A stretch of DNA of 48,264 bases. Source: an uncultured Akkermansia sp. (GTDB taxonomy: Bacteria; Verrucomicrobiota; Verrucomicrobiia; Verrucomicrobiales; Akkermansiaceae). The notes under the pieces are model-generated. The model had not been told where the DNA came from and did no database searches. It was given only the letters and a program-made list of their open reading frames with translations. The DNA is taken from NCBI GenBank assembly GCA_964435145.1, contig CAYSYD010000001.1, positions 1 through 48,264 of the forward strand, read 5' to 3'. How positions within the stretch are numbered: the stretch's first letter is position 1; every line of letters starts with the position of its first letter. Shown here piece after piece: positions 25,952 to 34,253 of the stretch. The translations under genes were made by a program, and so were the position numbers.

Positions 25952-28464
25952 GCCTGCGGTTCCGGGGAGGCGCCCACGGTTATCCATGTATGCGGCACAC
26001 CGGGTGCCAAATGTTCCTGCACAAAGCGCTGCATGGATTCCGGGGTAACGGCACGCAGCATATCCGGCATGGCATCCTCGTAATCCGGCGGGAGCCCCAG
26101 CAGGGTATTCACCGCCATACCGGCACAGCGTTTGCCGCAGGATTGGAGGGATTGTACCCGCGCAGCAAGAATGGTGGCACGGGCGCGTTCCAAAGCCTCC
26201 GGCGGCATGCCTTCCTGTGCCATGCGTTGCAATACTTCCTGCAAGGCGGTGCGGGCGGCAGCGGCTTGCTCCGGCGCCGTACCAAGGTAGAATATAAGGC
26301 AGCCGGTATCCACCCCCAGCAGGGAGGTGGCGGCGGCGTAGTAGGCCAGTGCCCGTTTCTCCCGAATCTCGGCAAAGAGCGGGCCGGACATATCGCGGCA
26401 CCATTCCTCGAAGAGTAACTGGTGGGGTACAGCCTCCGCCGTGGCATGTACGCCGGGTACCGCCAGTGCCAGTACGGCTTGCTCTTTCCGGAAGGGTAGC
26501 TGCACATCCGCCGCCTGCTGGGGCGGTGTGGGGGTGCCTGCTACCGGGCAACCGGGAGCCATACTGCCAAAGAGTTCCTGTGCCAATTGCAGCATATGTG
26601 CCGGTTCCATATCCCCGGCCAGTGCCAGCACGGCATTTTTGGCGCAGAACAGGCGTGCATACTGTGCCCGCAGCTGTGCCACGGAGAGGCTTTGCACGCT
26701 TTCTACGGTGCCATCCCGGTGGTTGCCGTAAGATATCGTACCGAAGCACAAGCGGCGCAGCTGCCGGAAGGCTACGGAGGCGGGGTCCTCCTCCGCATCG
26801 CGAATATCTGCCAGCATGGCCTCCTTCTCAATCTGCACGGCTTCCTCCGGGAAGGAGGGCTGCAAAGCTGCCTCCGCCAGCAGAGAGAGCAGTGCTGCGG
26901 CATCCGCCGCCAAACCGCTCACGCTCAGTGCCAGCGTGTTGTTCCCCGCAGAGGAGGAGAGGTTGCCGCCTAAATTCTCTGCGGCTTCCGCCAGTTCTGC
27001 CGCCGTGCGGGTGGCTGTGCCCTTCAGCAGGCATTCTGCCAGCAGTGTGTTAATGCCGGCTGTTTGCTCTGTTTCCGTGGGGCTGCCGGCGCCCACCACC
27101 AAGTGGGCATGCACCAGGGGTACCCGCGCATCCACACGGGTGACCACGCGCAGGCCATTGGGCAGGGTATGCACTTGCGGGGCATTCAAATCTGCCGCGC
27201 GGGTGCTTTCTTCCTGCGGGGCATGGGTGCCGATGGGGTCCACGCTCACCTCCGTAAGGCGTTCCGGGCGGAGGTAGGTGGCCGCCACGCGGGAGAGGTC
27301 CTGCGCGGTAACGGCATCCAAGGCGGCCTCCCATTCCTGCATGCAGCCGGGATTGCGCGTAAGGTGCCACGACATGGCTAAGGCGTTTGCCATGCCTTGC
27401 ACGGTGGAGAGCAGGCGCAGGCGGGAGGTGAGCATTTGGCGGCGCGTGCGGCGGCGGGCTGCTTCGAAATCCTCCTGCGGCAGGTGTTGCATGTATGCCA
27501 GCAAGGCATCGCGCAGCTCATCCCGCCGGGCGGGTTCCACATCCGCTTCCACCACGAGGGCACCTTCCGCATGGCGTTCCGGCACGGACATGATGCCTAT
27601 TTCGTGCGCCATGGCCAATTCATCGTGAAAGCGTTTGTACAGCCAGGCGGAGCGGCCATTGCCCAAAATAGCTGCCAGCACGGAGAGGGCGGCGGCATCC
27701 GGGTGGTTCGAATGGGGCAGGCGCCATGCCAGCATGAGGGTGCTGGTGGGTTGCTCGAATTCGCGGCGGAAGAGGCGCGGTCCCCATTGGCGCGGCTCCG
27801 CCGGGATGGGGCATTCCGGCAGCGGGCGGGGGGGAATATCCTGCATTTCCTCCTCCACGGCAGCAAAGAAAGCCTCCTGCTCCAAGGCGCCGGCGGCACA
27901 TATAAACATATTGCCCGGTACATAGTGGCGGCGGTGGTGCGCCACCATGTCCGCATGGCTCAGGGCATCGAACGCTGCACGGTGGCCGATTACCGGTTCG
28001 CGGCGGGGGTGCCGGTGGTAAAGGGTGCGCATGAGGGCGTGGTAGGCGGCATCCTGCGGCTCATCGTTATACATGGCCATTTCCCGACGGATAACCTCGC
28101 GTTCTTTCTCGAACTCTTCCGGGGGGAATACCGGGTGCAGGGTGAGTTGTACCAGCAGGTGCAGGAATTCCCGCCAATGCTCTGCCGGCCCATCGATGTG
28201 GTATACGGTGCGATCCGTGCTGGTGTACGCATTCCATGTGCCGCCCAGCTCGGGTACGCGCTCGTTGAGCGCACTGCCTGCCAGCTCCTCCGTGCCTTTG
28301 AATACCATGTGTTCCAGCAGGTGGGATATGCCGGCGCCGCAGTGGCCGCCTTCGTGCTGGGAGCCGCTGCCCACCCACACTTGCAGGGAGACTAATGGAA
28401 ATGCCTGCTGCGGAGCCAGCAGAGCCGTCATGCCATTTGCGCATACGTGGAGATAATGCTGCAT
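25948..28464 (-). CDS. M16-family zinc peptidase (pitrilysin-like, fused halves)
   Basis: GISHLLEHMVFKGT (HxxEH), NAYTS, second M16 half starting TLPNGLRV, LFAEIREKRALAY. Confidence 0.93.
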   Translation of the reverse strand: MQHYLHVCANGMTALLAPQQAFPLVSLQVWVGSGSQHEGGHCGAGISHLLEHMVFKGTEELAGSALNERVPELGGTWNAYTSTDRTVYHIDGPAEHWREFLHLLVQLTLHPVFPPEEFEKEREVIRREMAMYNDEPQDAAYHALMRTLYHRHPRREPVIGHRAAFDALSHADMVAHHRRHYVPGNMFICAAGALEQEAFFAAVEEEMQDIPPRPLPECPIPAEPRQWGPRLFRREFEQPTSTLMLAWRLPHSNHPDAAALSVLAAILGNGRSAWLYKRFHDELAMAHEIGIMSVPERHAEGALVVEADVEPARRDELRDALLAYMQHLPQEDFEAARRRTRRQMLTSRLRLLSTVQGMANALAMSWHLTRNPGCMQEWEAALDAVTAQDLSRVAATYLRPERLTEVSVDPIGTHAPQEESTRAADLNAPQVHTLPNGLRVVTRVDARVPLVHAHLVVGAGSPTETEQTAGINTLLAECLLKGTATRTAAELAEAAENLGGNLSSSAGNNTLALSVSGLAADAAALLSLLAEAALQPSFPEEAVQIEKEAMLADIRDAEEDPASVAFRQLRRLCFGTISYGNHRDGTVESVQSLSVAQLRAQYARLFCAKNAVLALAGDMEPAHMLQLAQELFGSMAPGCPVAGTPTPPQQAADVQLPFRKEQAVLALAVPGVHATAEAVPHQLLFEEWCRDMSGPLFAEIREKRALAYYAAATSLLGVDTGCLIFYLGTAPEQAAAARTALQEVLQRMAQEGMPPEALERARATILAARVQSLQSCGKRCAGMAVNTLLGLPPDYEDAMPDMLRAVTPESMQRFVQEHLAPGVPHTWITVGASPEPQA

Positions 28465-28470
28465 GGGGAC

Positions 28471-28499
28471 AGTATGCCAGCTATGGGCCGGGGCTTCAA
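28471..28499 (-). promoter_or_regulatory. Sigma70 promoter of the M16-SNF2 operon (predicted leaderless)
   Basis: Minus strand TTGAAG-N17-CATACT, 6 nt before ATG. Confidence 0.55.
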
Positions 28500-28541
28500 T
28501 CTTTTTCCGTGGCCGTACCCGGCAATCTGCGGATGCGGGGC

Positions 28542-29036
28542 TTATTTTTTCCGCGCATCGTCGATGGCGGACATCGAGCCGCTAAAGAGAGTACCCACGC
28601 CGCTCAGCAGTGCGCCGCGGCTGCGCTCGCGGGATTGTTTGGCGCGGGCGCGGAGGTCCCAGGCATCGTACTTGCCTTGGGTGCGCACGTGGTCTGCCTC
28701 GCGGAGTGCCATGGCGGCGCGGTTGTTAATATCGTCCTCCAAGCGTGTGGCGAGGTCCTCCTCGCGGCGGAGGATGCTCCCCTCTTGGAGGAGGTTGCCG
28801 GCGGCGGCATCGGCTCTGGCGGAGGAGAGCTGCATGGCGGCATTGCGCTGCTCGCGGCGCTGGTTGGCCATGGAGACCTGGGTGAGCTGGGAAGCCTCTG
28901 TTTCGGCAATTTGCTCTTTAGTGCGCGCGGCGGCATTGTAAGCGGCGGCTTGCTTTTTGGCGGCGGAGGCCTCCATGAGCCGCCCGGCTGCGGAGGCTGC
29001 GGTGGTTGCGATAATGGCTGCTGTGGAAAATCCCAT
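28542..29036 (-). CDS. Ala-rich protein resembling podophage internal virion/ejection proteins (T7 gp14-like)
   Basis: Hydrophobic A/T-rich N-terminus, coiled QAAAYNA..EQIAE segment, ARADAAAGNL..GS, G/S-rich C-terminus GALLSGVGTLFSG; start at MGFST inferred from the promoter. Confidence 0.6.
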   Translation of the reverse strand: MGFSTAAIIATTAASAAGRLMEASAAKKQAAAYNAAARTKEQIAETEASQLTQVSMANQRREQRNAAMQLSSARADAAAGNLLQEGSILRREEDLATRLEDDINNRAAMALREADHVRTQGKYDAWDLRARAKQSRERSRGALLSGVGTLFSGSMSAIDDARKK

Positions 29037-29043
29037 AGCCAAG

Positions 29044-29072
29044 AGCATACCGCCCGCCCGCCGCCTTGTAAA
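29044..29072 (-). promoter_or_regulatory. Sigma70 promoter of the gp14-like gene (predicted leaderless)
   Basis: Minus strand TTTACA-N17-TATGCT, 7 nt before ATG 29036. Confidence 0.7.
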
Positions 29073-29118
29073 GGGGCATGGCCGGGGGCTTTTATCTTCC
29101 ATGCCCGGGCAGTGCGGC

Positions 29119-29250
29119 TCACACTCGGTTCAGGTGGAAATGGAGTGCCAATTTCAGCACGGAGGTGCGGTCTATATTGCGGGAAAGGGCAAAGTGTTCC
29201 AGCCGGCGGAAGAGGGATTGTGTGCAGCGAAAAGTAATCATGTGAAGCAT
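29119..29250 (-). CDS. Small ribbon-helix-helix (CopG/Arc-like) DNA-binding protein, 43 aa
   Basis: MLHMITFRC (alternating beta strand), QSLFRRLEHFALSRN (helix A), IDRTSVLKLALHFHL (helix B); upstream TTGCAT-N17-GAGAAT. Confidence 0.65.
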   Translation of the reverse strand: MLHMITFRCTQSLFRRLEHFALSRNIDRTSVLKLALHFHLNRV

Positions 29251-29334
29251 AACGATATGTATTCTCAGCCAAAAACGCGGGAAATGCAAGCTTGTTAGCC
29301 TGCCTGTACCCAAACACTTAGATAGGATTACGCC

Positions 29335-31134
29335 TCAAAACAAGCGTTTTTCCTTATCCGCCTCGCGGCCTTCGAGGTAGCGTACATAGCGGCTTACGCC
29401 TGCCCCATAGGGCGAGGCCAGGCGCAAATCCGGCTCGGTGTTCAGCAAGCGGGGATAGCGCAGGCGCAGGAGGAACCACCACACCAAGAAGAGAAAAAGA
29501 GCCACGCCGGCAATGATGCCGTAGGCGATGAAGGTGGGGTGGTTGGCCGGGTCTTCGAGGTAGCGTTGGATGCGCTCCCTGAGGGAGATTTTTTTCTCCT
29601 TCTCATCTTCCTTAAAGTCGATGGGGATGAGGGGGGCTTTGCCCGGGGATTCCGGGGTAATGGGGATGAAGGATTCCGCCAGGGGGGAAATTTGGCGGCT
29701 AATGCAGCGCAGGGCTTCCATCATGCCCTCCGTGCCGCCCTGCCCTTGGGCGGCGGCACGCACTTGCTGCAACCAGGCATGGCGCTGCTCGTCCGTGGGT
29801 TTCATCTCCGTGTAGCCCAGTTCTATACCGGCCGGGTTGCCCACCGGGTAAAGCAGCATGACGGCGTATTCGCAGGGCTGCGCTGCCGCAGTAATCAGCG
29901 TATCCACGGAGAGTTCCCCGGGCATGGTTTGCCCGGCTTTGTACACAGCCATGTAGATGCGGAAACGGGCATTGGCATTCAGGGAGCGCAGCACATGCTC
30001 CACATCTTCCCGCTGAACGGTGGGTAGCAGGTTCTGCGGGTCAATCAACACGGCACCCTCCGGGCTGGCGTACACCTCGTAATACTTGCCGAGGATGCGG
30101 GAATCGCTTTCGGTTTCCGTGGGGGGGGTATTGCGGCGGGGGCGGCGCGCCGATGCCCGCTGTGCTTTGAGCCGGCGGGCTTCCTCCCGCATTTCTTCCT
30201 TGGTGGGGGGTGGGGGAAAGAGGGAGGAGTAACGCGTATCCAATTCTCCGGAGATAAGCAGGCGGTAGTCCTCCGGTTTCCATTCCGGCAGGGGGGGGGC
30301 TTGCGGTGCGGCAGGTGCCGCAGGGGGGGAGGCGGCTTGCGCCGGTTCCCCGCAGAGCAGTAGGGGAGCCAATGCTGCGGCTAAGGCGGCCTGCCGCCCA
30401 TGCTCCGGGCGGGCTTGGCGGCGCAAGCGGCGGTTCACCTGCCGGGCATTGCCGCCAATGCGGCGCACGGCAGCACGCATTACCCGCTTGAGTGCCGTCA
30501 TCATCTCACGCTCACGGAATTGGAGGCGTGCGCGTTTGATGCAGGTGTTGATGCGGTCCGGGTCAATATAGGGGTCCAAGCGGTAGCCCCAGGAAAAACA
30601 GGCCATTTCCAGCTGCACATCCAGCACGAGGATGAGCATCCACTCCTGCCGCACGGGGGGCGGATAGGGGTGCAGGCGATCGCGCAGCCACTCGCGGAAG
30701 GTATGCCAGGCATTTTCCAGCCAGCCTGGGGTGGGTTCTTCCTCTTCCGGCAGGGGGTCTCCGGGGAGGCGTTCCCGCAGGGCGGCATCCTCAATGGCTT
30801 TGTGCTGCTCCCGCTTGCCGAAGGAGGGGTGGTGGATGCGGGCGTGGTTCAGAATCCAATGGGCATGGGTGCGCAGTTCCTGCACTTGCCCCACATCCGT
30901 AATATAGATGCAGAGTGCTACGGGCGGAATCTGGCGTTCCAAATTTTCCAGTGTACGCATCAATTCCATGCGCTCCCGGTGGGTGAGTGCCCCGGCGGCA
31001 TCCACCACGCGGGTAAACTCCACCTGCCCTTCCCCGAACAATGCCTCCGCCCGGGATACATCGTACCCGCACGCGGGGCACTGGTCTTCCGCGCCCGCGT
31101 GAATGGTGGCTGAACACTGGGGACAAATTGGCAC
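29335..31134 (-). CDS. Zinc-ribbon plus TPM-like domain membrane protein
   Basis: CPQC..CPACG; two TPM-like starts (VVDAAGALT..ER..L; LIDPQNLL...RE); FSWGYRLDPYI; C-terminal TM helix; GTG start. Confidence 0.7.
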   Translation of the reverse strand: MPICPQCSATIHAGAEDQCPACGYDVSRAEALFGEGQVEFTRVVDAAGALTHRERMELMRTLENLERQIPPVALCIYITDVGQVQELRTHAHWILNHARIHHPSFGKREQHKAIEDAALRERLPGDPLPEEEEPTPGWLENAWHTFREWLRDRLHPYPPPVRQEWMLILVLDVQLEMACFSWGYRLDPYIDPDRINTCIKRARLQFREREMMTALKRVMRAAVRRIGGNARQVNRRLRRQARPEHGRQAALAAALAPLLLCGEPAQAASPPAAPAAPQAPPLPEWKPEDYRLLISGELDTRYSSLFPPPPTKEEMREEARRLKAQRASARRPRRNTPPTETESDSRILGKYYEVYASPEGAVLIDPQNLLPTVQREDVEHVLRSLNANARFRIYMAVYKAGQTMPGELSVDTLITAAAQPCEYAVMLLYPVGNPAGIELGYTEMKPTDEQRHAWLQQVRAAAQGQGGTEGMMEALRCISRQISPLAESFIPITPESPGKAPLIPIDFKEDEKEKKISLRERIQRYLEDPANHPTFIAYGIIAGVALFLFLVWWFLLRLRYPRLLNTEPDLRLASPYGAGVSRYVRYLEGREADKEKRLF

Positions 31135-31245
31135 GCCCCTCTTATAGCTTGTTTCCTCTTCCGGGAAAAGTCAAATCATCGTCAACCCGGTAAAAATCAC
31201 TCTGCCCGCAGGCGGAAAGGTCCGTGTACCGGCTTGCGAAAAGCC

Positions 31246-31274
31246 TTGCGGCAGCGGGTAAGACATGCTATGCT
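31246..31274 (+). promoter_or_regulatory. Sigma70 promoter of the PBP1A gene
   Basis: TTGCGG-N17-TATGCT spans the ORF-track ATG at 31265, so the start is probably later. Confidence 0.55.
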
Positions 31275-31318
31275 GGGGGAGCGAGCCGACGAGGCAGCGG
31301 CTTCTTTCTCTCCCCCCC

Positions 31319-33949
31319 ATGTGTGCCCGTTACAAATCCCAAGAGAATTCCGCATCCGGAGTGCGCAGCTGCGCGCGGGGGGATTTGCGTGCCCAGGCTG
31401 CTCCGCGCCCCAGGGTGCAGCCGCGCCGCCCTGCTCCCCGGCCGGAGGAGGAGGAAGCGGATGAGTACCCGGAGGATATTTACGCCGCCCAGCTGCCGCC
31501 GGAGGATGCGGGGGAGGAATACCCGGGTGCCCGGCGCAATCGCCGGCAGCTCCCGGCGGCCGATATGGCGGATACCTTCGGCACGCCCGGGCCTGCAAGG
31601 GAATACCGCCGTCGCTACAACCCGGCTGCGGAGGAGGAGAATCCTTTGCAGGAATTCCGCCGCCCGCCCCGGCGCGGGCTGGGATTTTGGCGGGCGCTGT
31701 GGCATTTGGTAATGCTGCCGTTCCGGCTTATCTCCTTTTGCACACGGCACCTGCCGTGGATGGTGAAGTGGGGGGTACGCCTCATCATCAGCGCTCTGTT
31801 TGTGGGGCTTGTGCTGGGGATTATTCTGGCTATTATATACGGGGTAAAGGCCGGGCGTTACGATTTATCGCAGGTGCAGCGCATGCCGGAGCGCACCATT
31901 GTGCTGGACCGCAAGGGGAACGAAATCGGCACGCTGCATGGGGAGAACCGCCGCAGTATTGCCGATATCCACGAGGAGGTGCCGCGCTACATGCTGGATG
32001 CCATCATTATGCAGGAGGACCGCTCCTTCTGGACCCACGGCGGTATTGATCCGCGCGGGCTGCTGCGCGCCGTGGCGCAGGTGTTTAAGCACCACCGCAC
32101 CACGCAGGGGGCTTCCACCCTCACCATGCAGCTGGCCAAAAATACCTATAACCACCGGGAGCGCCATATGGATGCCAAGCTCACGGAAATGGCACTGGCT
32201 CGCCGTATCGAGGCCACCTTCGATAAGGAGACCATCCTTACCTGCTATATTAATCGTGTGTTCTGGGGGCATACCTTCCTGGGGCTCAAGCAGGCTGCTT
32301 ACGGGTATTTTGATAAGCAGCCGCGCGACCTCACCATCGGGGAGGCCGCCATGCTGGCCGGCATTATTTGCAGCCCGAACCAGTTTTCCCCCTACCGCAA
32401 TCCCTCCGCCGCCCGCGTACAGCGGGATAAGGTGCTGAAGCTGATGTACGAGCATGGCAAAATCACCCGTTTGGAATACGAGGCTGCCTCGGCGGAGAAG
32501 ATTTGCACCCGCCGCCCGGAACGCCGGGGAAATGATAATTATGCGCTGGATCTCATCCGCAGTGAGGTGGACCACATCCTCACCCTGCTGGATACGAATA
32601 ACCGCCAGCTCAAGGAGCAGGCGGTTATCTCCGGCGGTTTGCGTGTGCAGACCACTCTCGATATCGATTTGCAGGATGATGCGATGCGTGAAATCGATTC
32701 CCGCCTCGTGGCCATGTTCGAAAAACAACAGCGCTACCCGCACCAAACCCGCGCCCAGTTCCGCGCCCTGCGCGATTCCCTGCCGGAGGAGGAGCAGGAA
32801 AAACTCCGCCCCAAATACTTACAGGCCGCCTGCACGGTGATTGATAATGCCACCGGTGCCCTGCTGGCTGTAGTGGGCGGGCGGGATAGCACGGAATCCC
32901 CCCTGAACCGCGCTTTGCAAAGCCGCCGCCAAGTGGGTTCCGTATTCAAGCCATTTGTGTACGCCACTTTTTTTGATCGCGGCGGGGCACCGGGTTCCCT
33001 CCTTTCCGATGGCCGCATCCGGCCCGGGGAAATCCGGGGCGCACGCCGCTGGAGTCCCCGCAATTCCGATGGCCGCTTTACCGGCTTGCACCCTGCTTCC
33101 TGGGGGCTACTCAAAAGCCGCAACACGATGTCCGTGCGCGCCGGTAACCACGCCGGGCTGCAAAATGTGGTGCAAACGGCTCTCATGGCCGGTTTCCCCC
33201 GCCCCGCACGCACCCCGGGTCCCACGGTTTACCTCGGCACTTGGGAGGCTTCTCCGCTGGAGGTGGCCGCTGCCTTTACTCCCTTTGCCAATGGCGGGGT
33301 GCGCCCCACTCCCTTCATCATCGAATCCATTACGGATACCTCCGGCCGCCTTATCTGGCGCCACACGCCCTCCGCACGCCGGGTGTTCTCCACCCGCACG
33401 GCGAATGCCGTTTCCGGTATCCTCCAGCAAATTACCAAACCCGGCGGCACGGCCGGCAGTGTGCAGCGCCTCGGCTTCAAATTCCCCTGCGGCGGCAAAA
33501 CAGGCACCACGAATAATTACACCAATGCTTGGTTCTGCGGGTTTACCTCGGACCTCACCGCCGCTCTCTGGGTCGGCTTCGACCGCCCGGCCAAAATTGC
33601 CGAAAAAGCCTATGGCGGCACGGTGGCTCTCCCCCTCTGGGTGGGGGTAATGCAGTGTGCTTCCGCCCGCGGCTATTCCATGAAAAACATCCGCACGGCA
33701 CCCGCTGCCGCCCGCCAGCTCGGTATCCGCCTTTGCAGCGTTACCGGCATGCTGGCTCACTCCGGCTGCGAATACGAGGGTAAAGCCTACATCGAAACCA
33801 TGGCCGACCTCTCCCAACCACGCCACCTCTGTACCCTCCACGAGGAGCTGGCCGAAGACCCCGATTCCGGCGCCGGCGCGGATGATGATATTGCCGAAGA
33901 CCCGGAGGATGATACCCCGGATATTGACGATATTGCCGAGGAGGTGTAA
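31319..33949 (+). CDS. Class A penicillin-binding protein (PBP1A family, GT51 plus transpeptidase)
   Basis: EDRSFWTHGGID, QGASTLTMQLAKN; SVFK, SRN, KTG motifs; TM anchor; start placed at MCARY. Confidence 0.93.
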   Translation: MCARYKSQENSASGVRSCARGDLRAQAAPRPRVQPRRPAPRPEEEEADEYPEDIYAAQLPPEDAGEEYPGARRNRRQLPAADMADTFGTPGPAREYRRRYNPAAEEENPLQEFRRPPRRGLGFWRALWHLVMLPFRLISFCTRHLPWMVKWGVRLIISALFVGLVLGIILAIIYGVKAGRYDLSQVQRMPERTIVLDRKGNEIGTLHGENRRSIADIHEEVPRYMLDAIIMQEDRSFWTHGGIDPRGLLRAVAQVFKHHRTTQGASTLTMQLAKNTYNHRERHMDAKLTEMALARRIEATFDKETILTCYINRVFWGHTFLGLKQAAYGYFDKQPRDLTIGEAAMLAGIICSPNQFSPYRNPSAARVQRDKVLKLMYEHGKITRLEYEAASAEKICTRRPERRGNDNYALDLIRSEVDHILTLLDTNNRQLKEQAVISGGLRVQTTLDIDLQDDAMREIDSRLVAMFEKQQRYPHQTRAQFRALRDSLPEEEQEKLRPKYLQAACTVIDNATGALLAVVGGRDSTESPLNRALQSRRQVGSVFKPFVYATFFDRGGAPGSLLSDGRIRPGEIRGARRWSPRNSDGRFTGLHPASWGLLKSRNTMSVRAGNHAGLQNVVQTALMAGFPRPARTPGPTVYLGTWEASPLEVAAAFTPFANGGVRPTPFIIESITDTSGRLIWRHTPSARRVFSTRTANAVSGILQQITKPGGTAGSVQRLGFKFPCGGKTGTTNNYTNAWFCGFTSDLTAALWVGFDRPAKIAEKAYGGTVALPLWVGVMQCASARGYSMKNIRTAPAAARQLGIRLCSVTGMLAHSGCEYEGKAYIETMADLSQPRHLCTLHEELAEDPDSGAGADDDIAEDPEDDTPDIDDIAEEV

Positions 33950-34137
33950 GCTCGCAACCCACTCCGTCGGCTCAAAAATCACACTTTCGCGGATTTTCAA
34001 GACAAAATCGCGTCCGTCTGCGCCATTTCTGCGTCTTATCTCGCCACTTTTTCCCAAAAATACTCAAAAAATGAGATTATTTTCCCAAATTTTCCCAAAA
34101 ACACCCCCAAATCTAGAGTAAACTCAAGTATTTTTAC

Positions 34138-34166
34138 TTGACTCTGCTCTAGCATTTAGCTAGACT
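34138..34166 (+). promoter_or_regulatory. Sigma70 promoter of the OMP gene
   Basis: TTGACT-N17-TAGACT; palindrome TCAAGTA-N4-TACTTGA (34124-34141) overlaps the -35 box. Confidence 0.7.
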
Positions 34167-34253
34167 CCCGGTGGACACACCCCGACACGCCTTACACGCC
34201 AACAAGAGGCAGGGGGTAGAGTTCACTCTAACAGAAAACCAAAAAACATACAC

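Noticed and set aside
25952..26749. N-terminal ~266 aa of the 1153-aa SNF2 ORF
   Set aside because: It overlaps the M16 gene in another frame and has low-complexity composition; an ATGA-coupled start at 25951 is more plausible.
29037..29102. ORF-track N-terminal extensions (29102, also 22079, 31265, 41498)
   Set aside because: Each overlaps a predicted promoter or the upstream gene, so downstream ATGs were chosen.
28500..29334. Intact prophage around the gp14-like gene
   Set aside because: No integrase, att repeats or other structural genes; the flanks are ordinary chromosomal genes.
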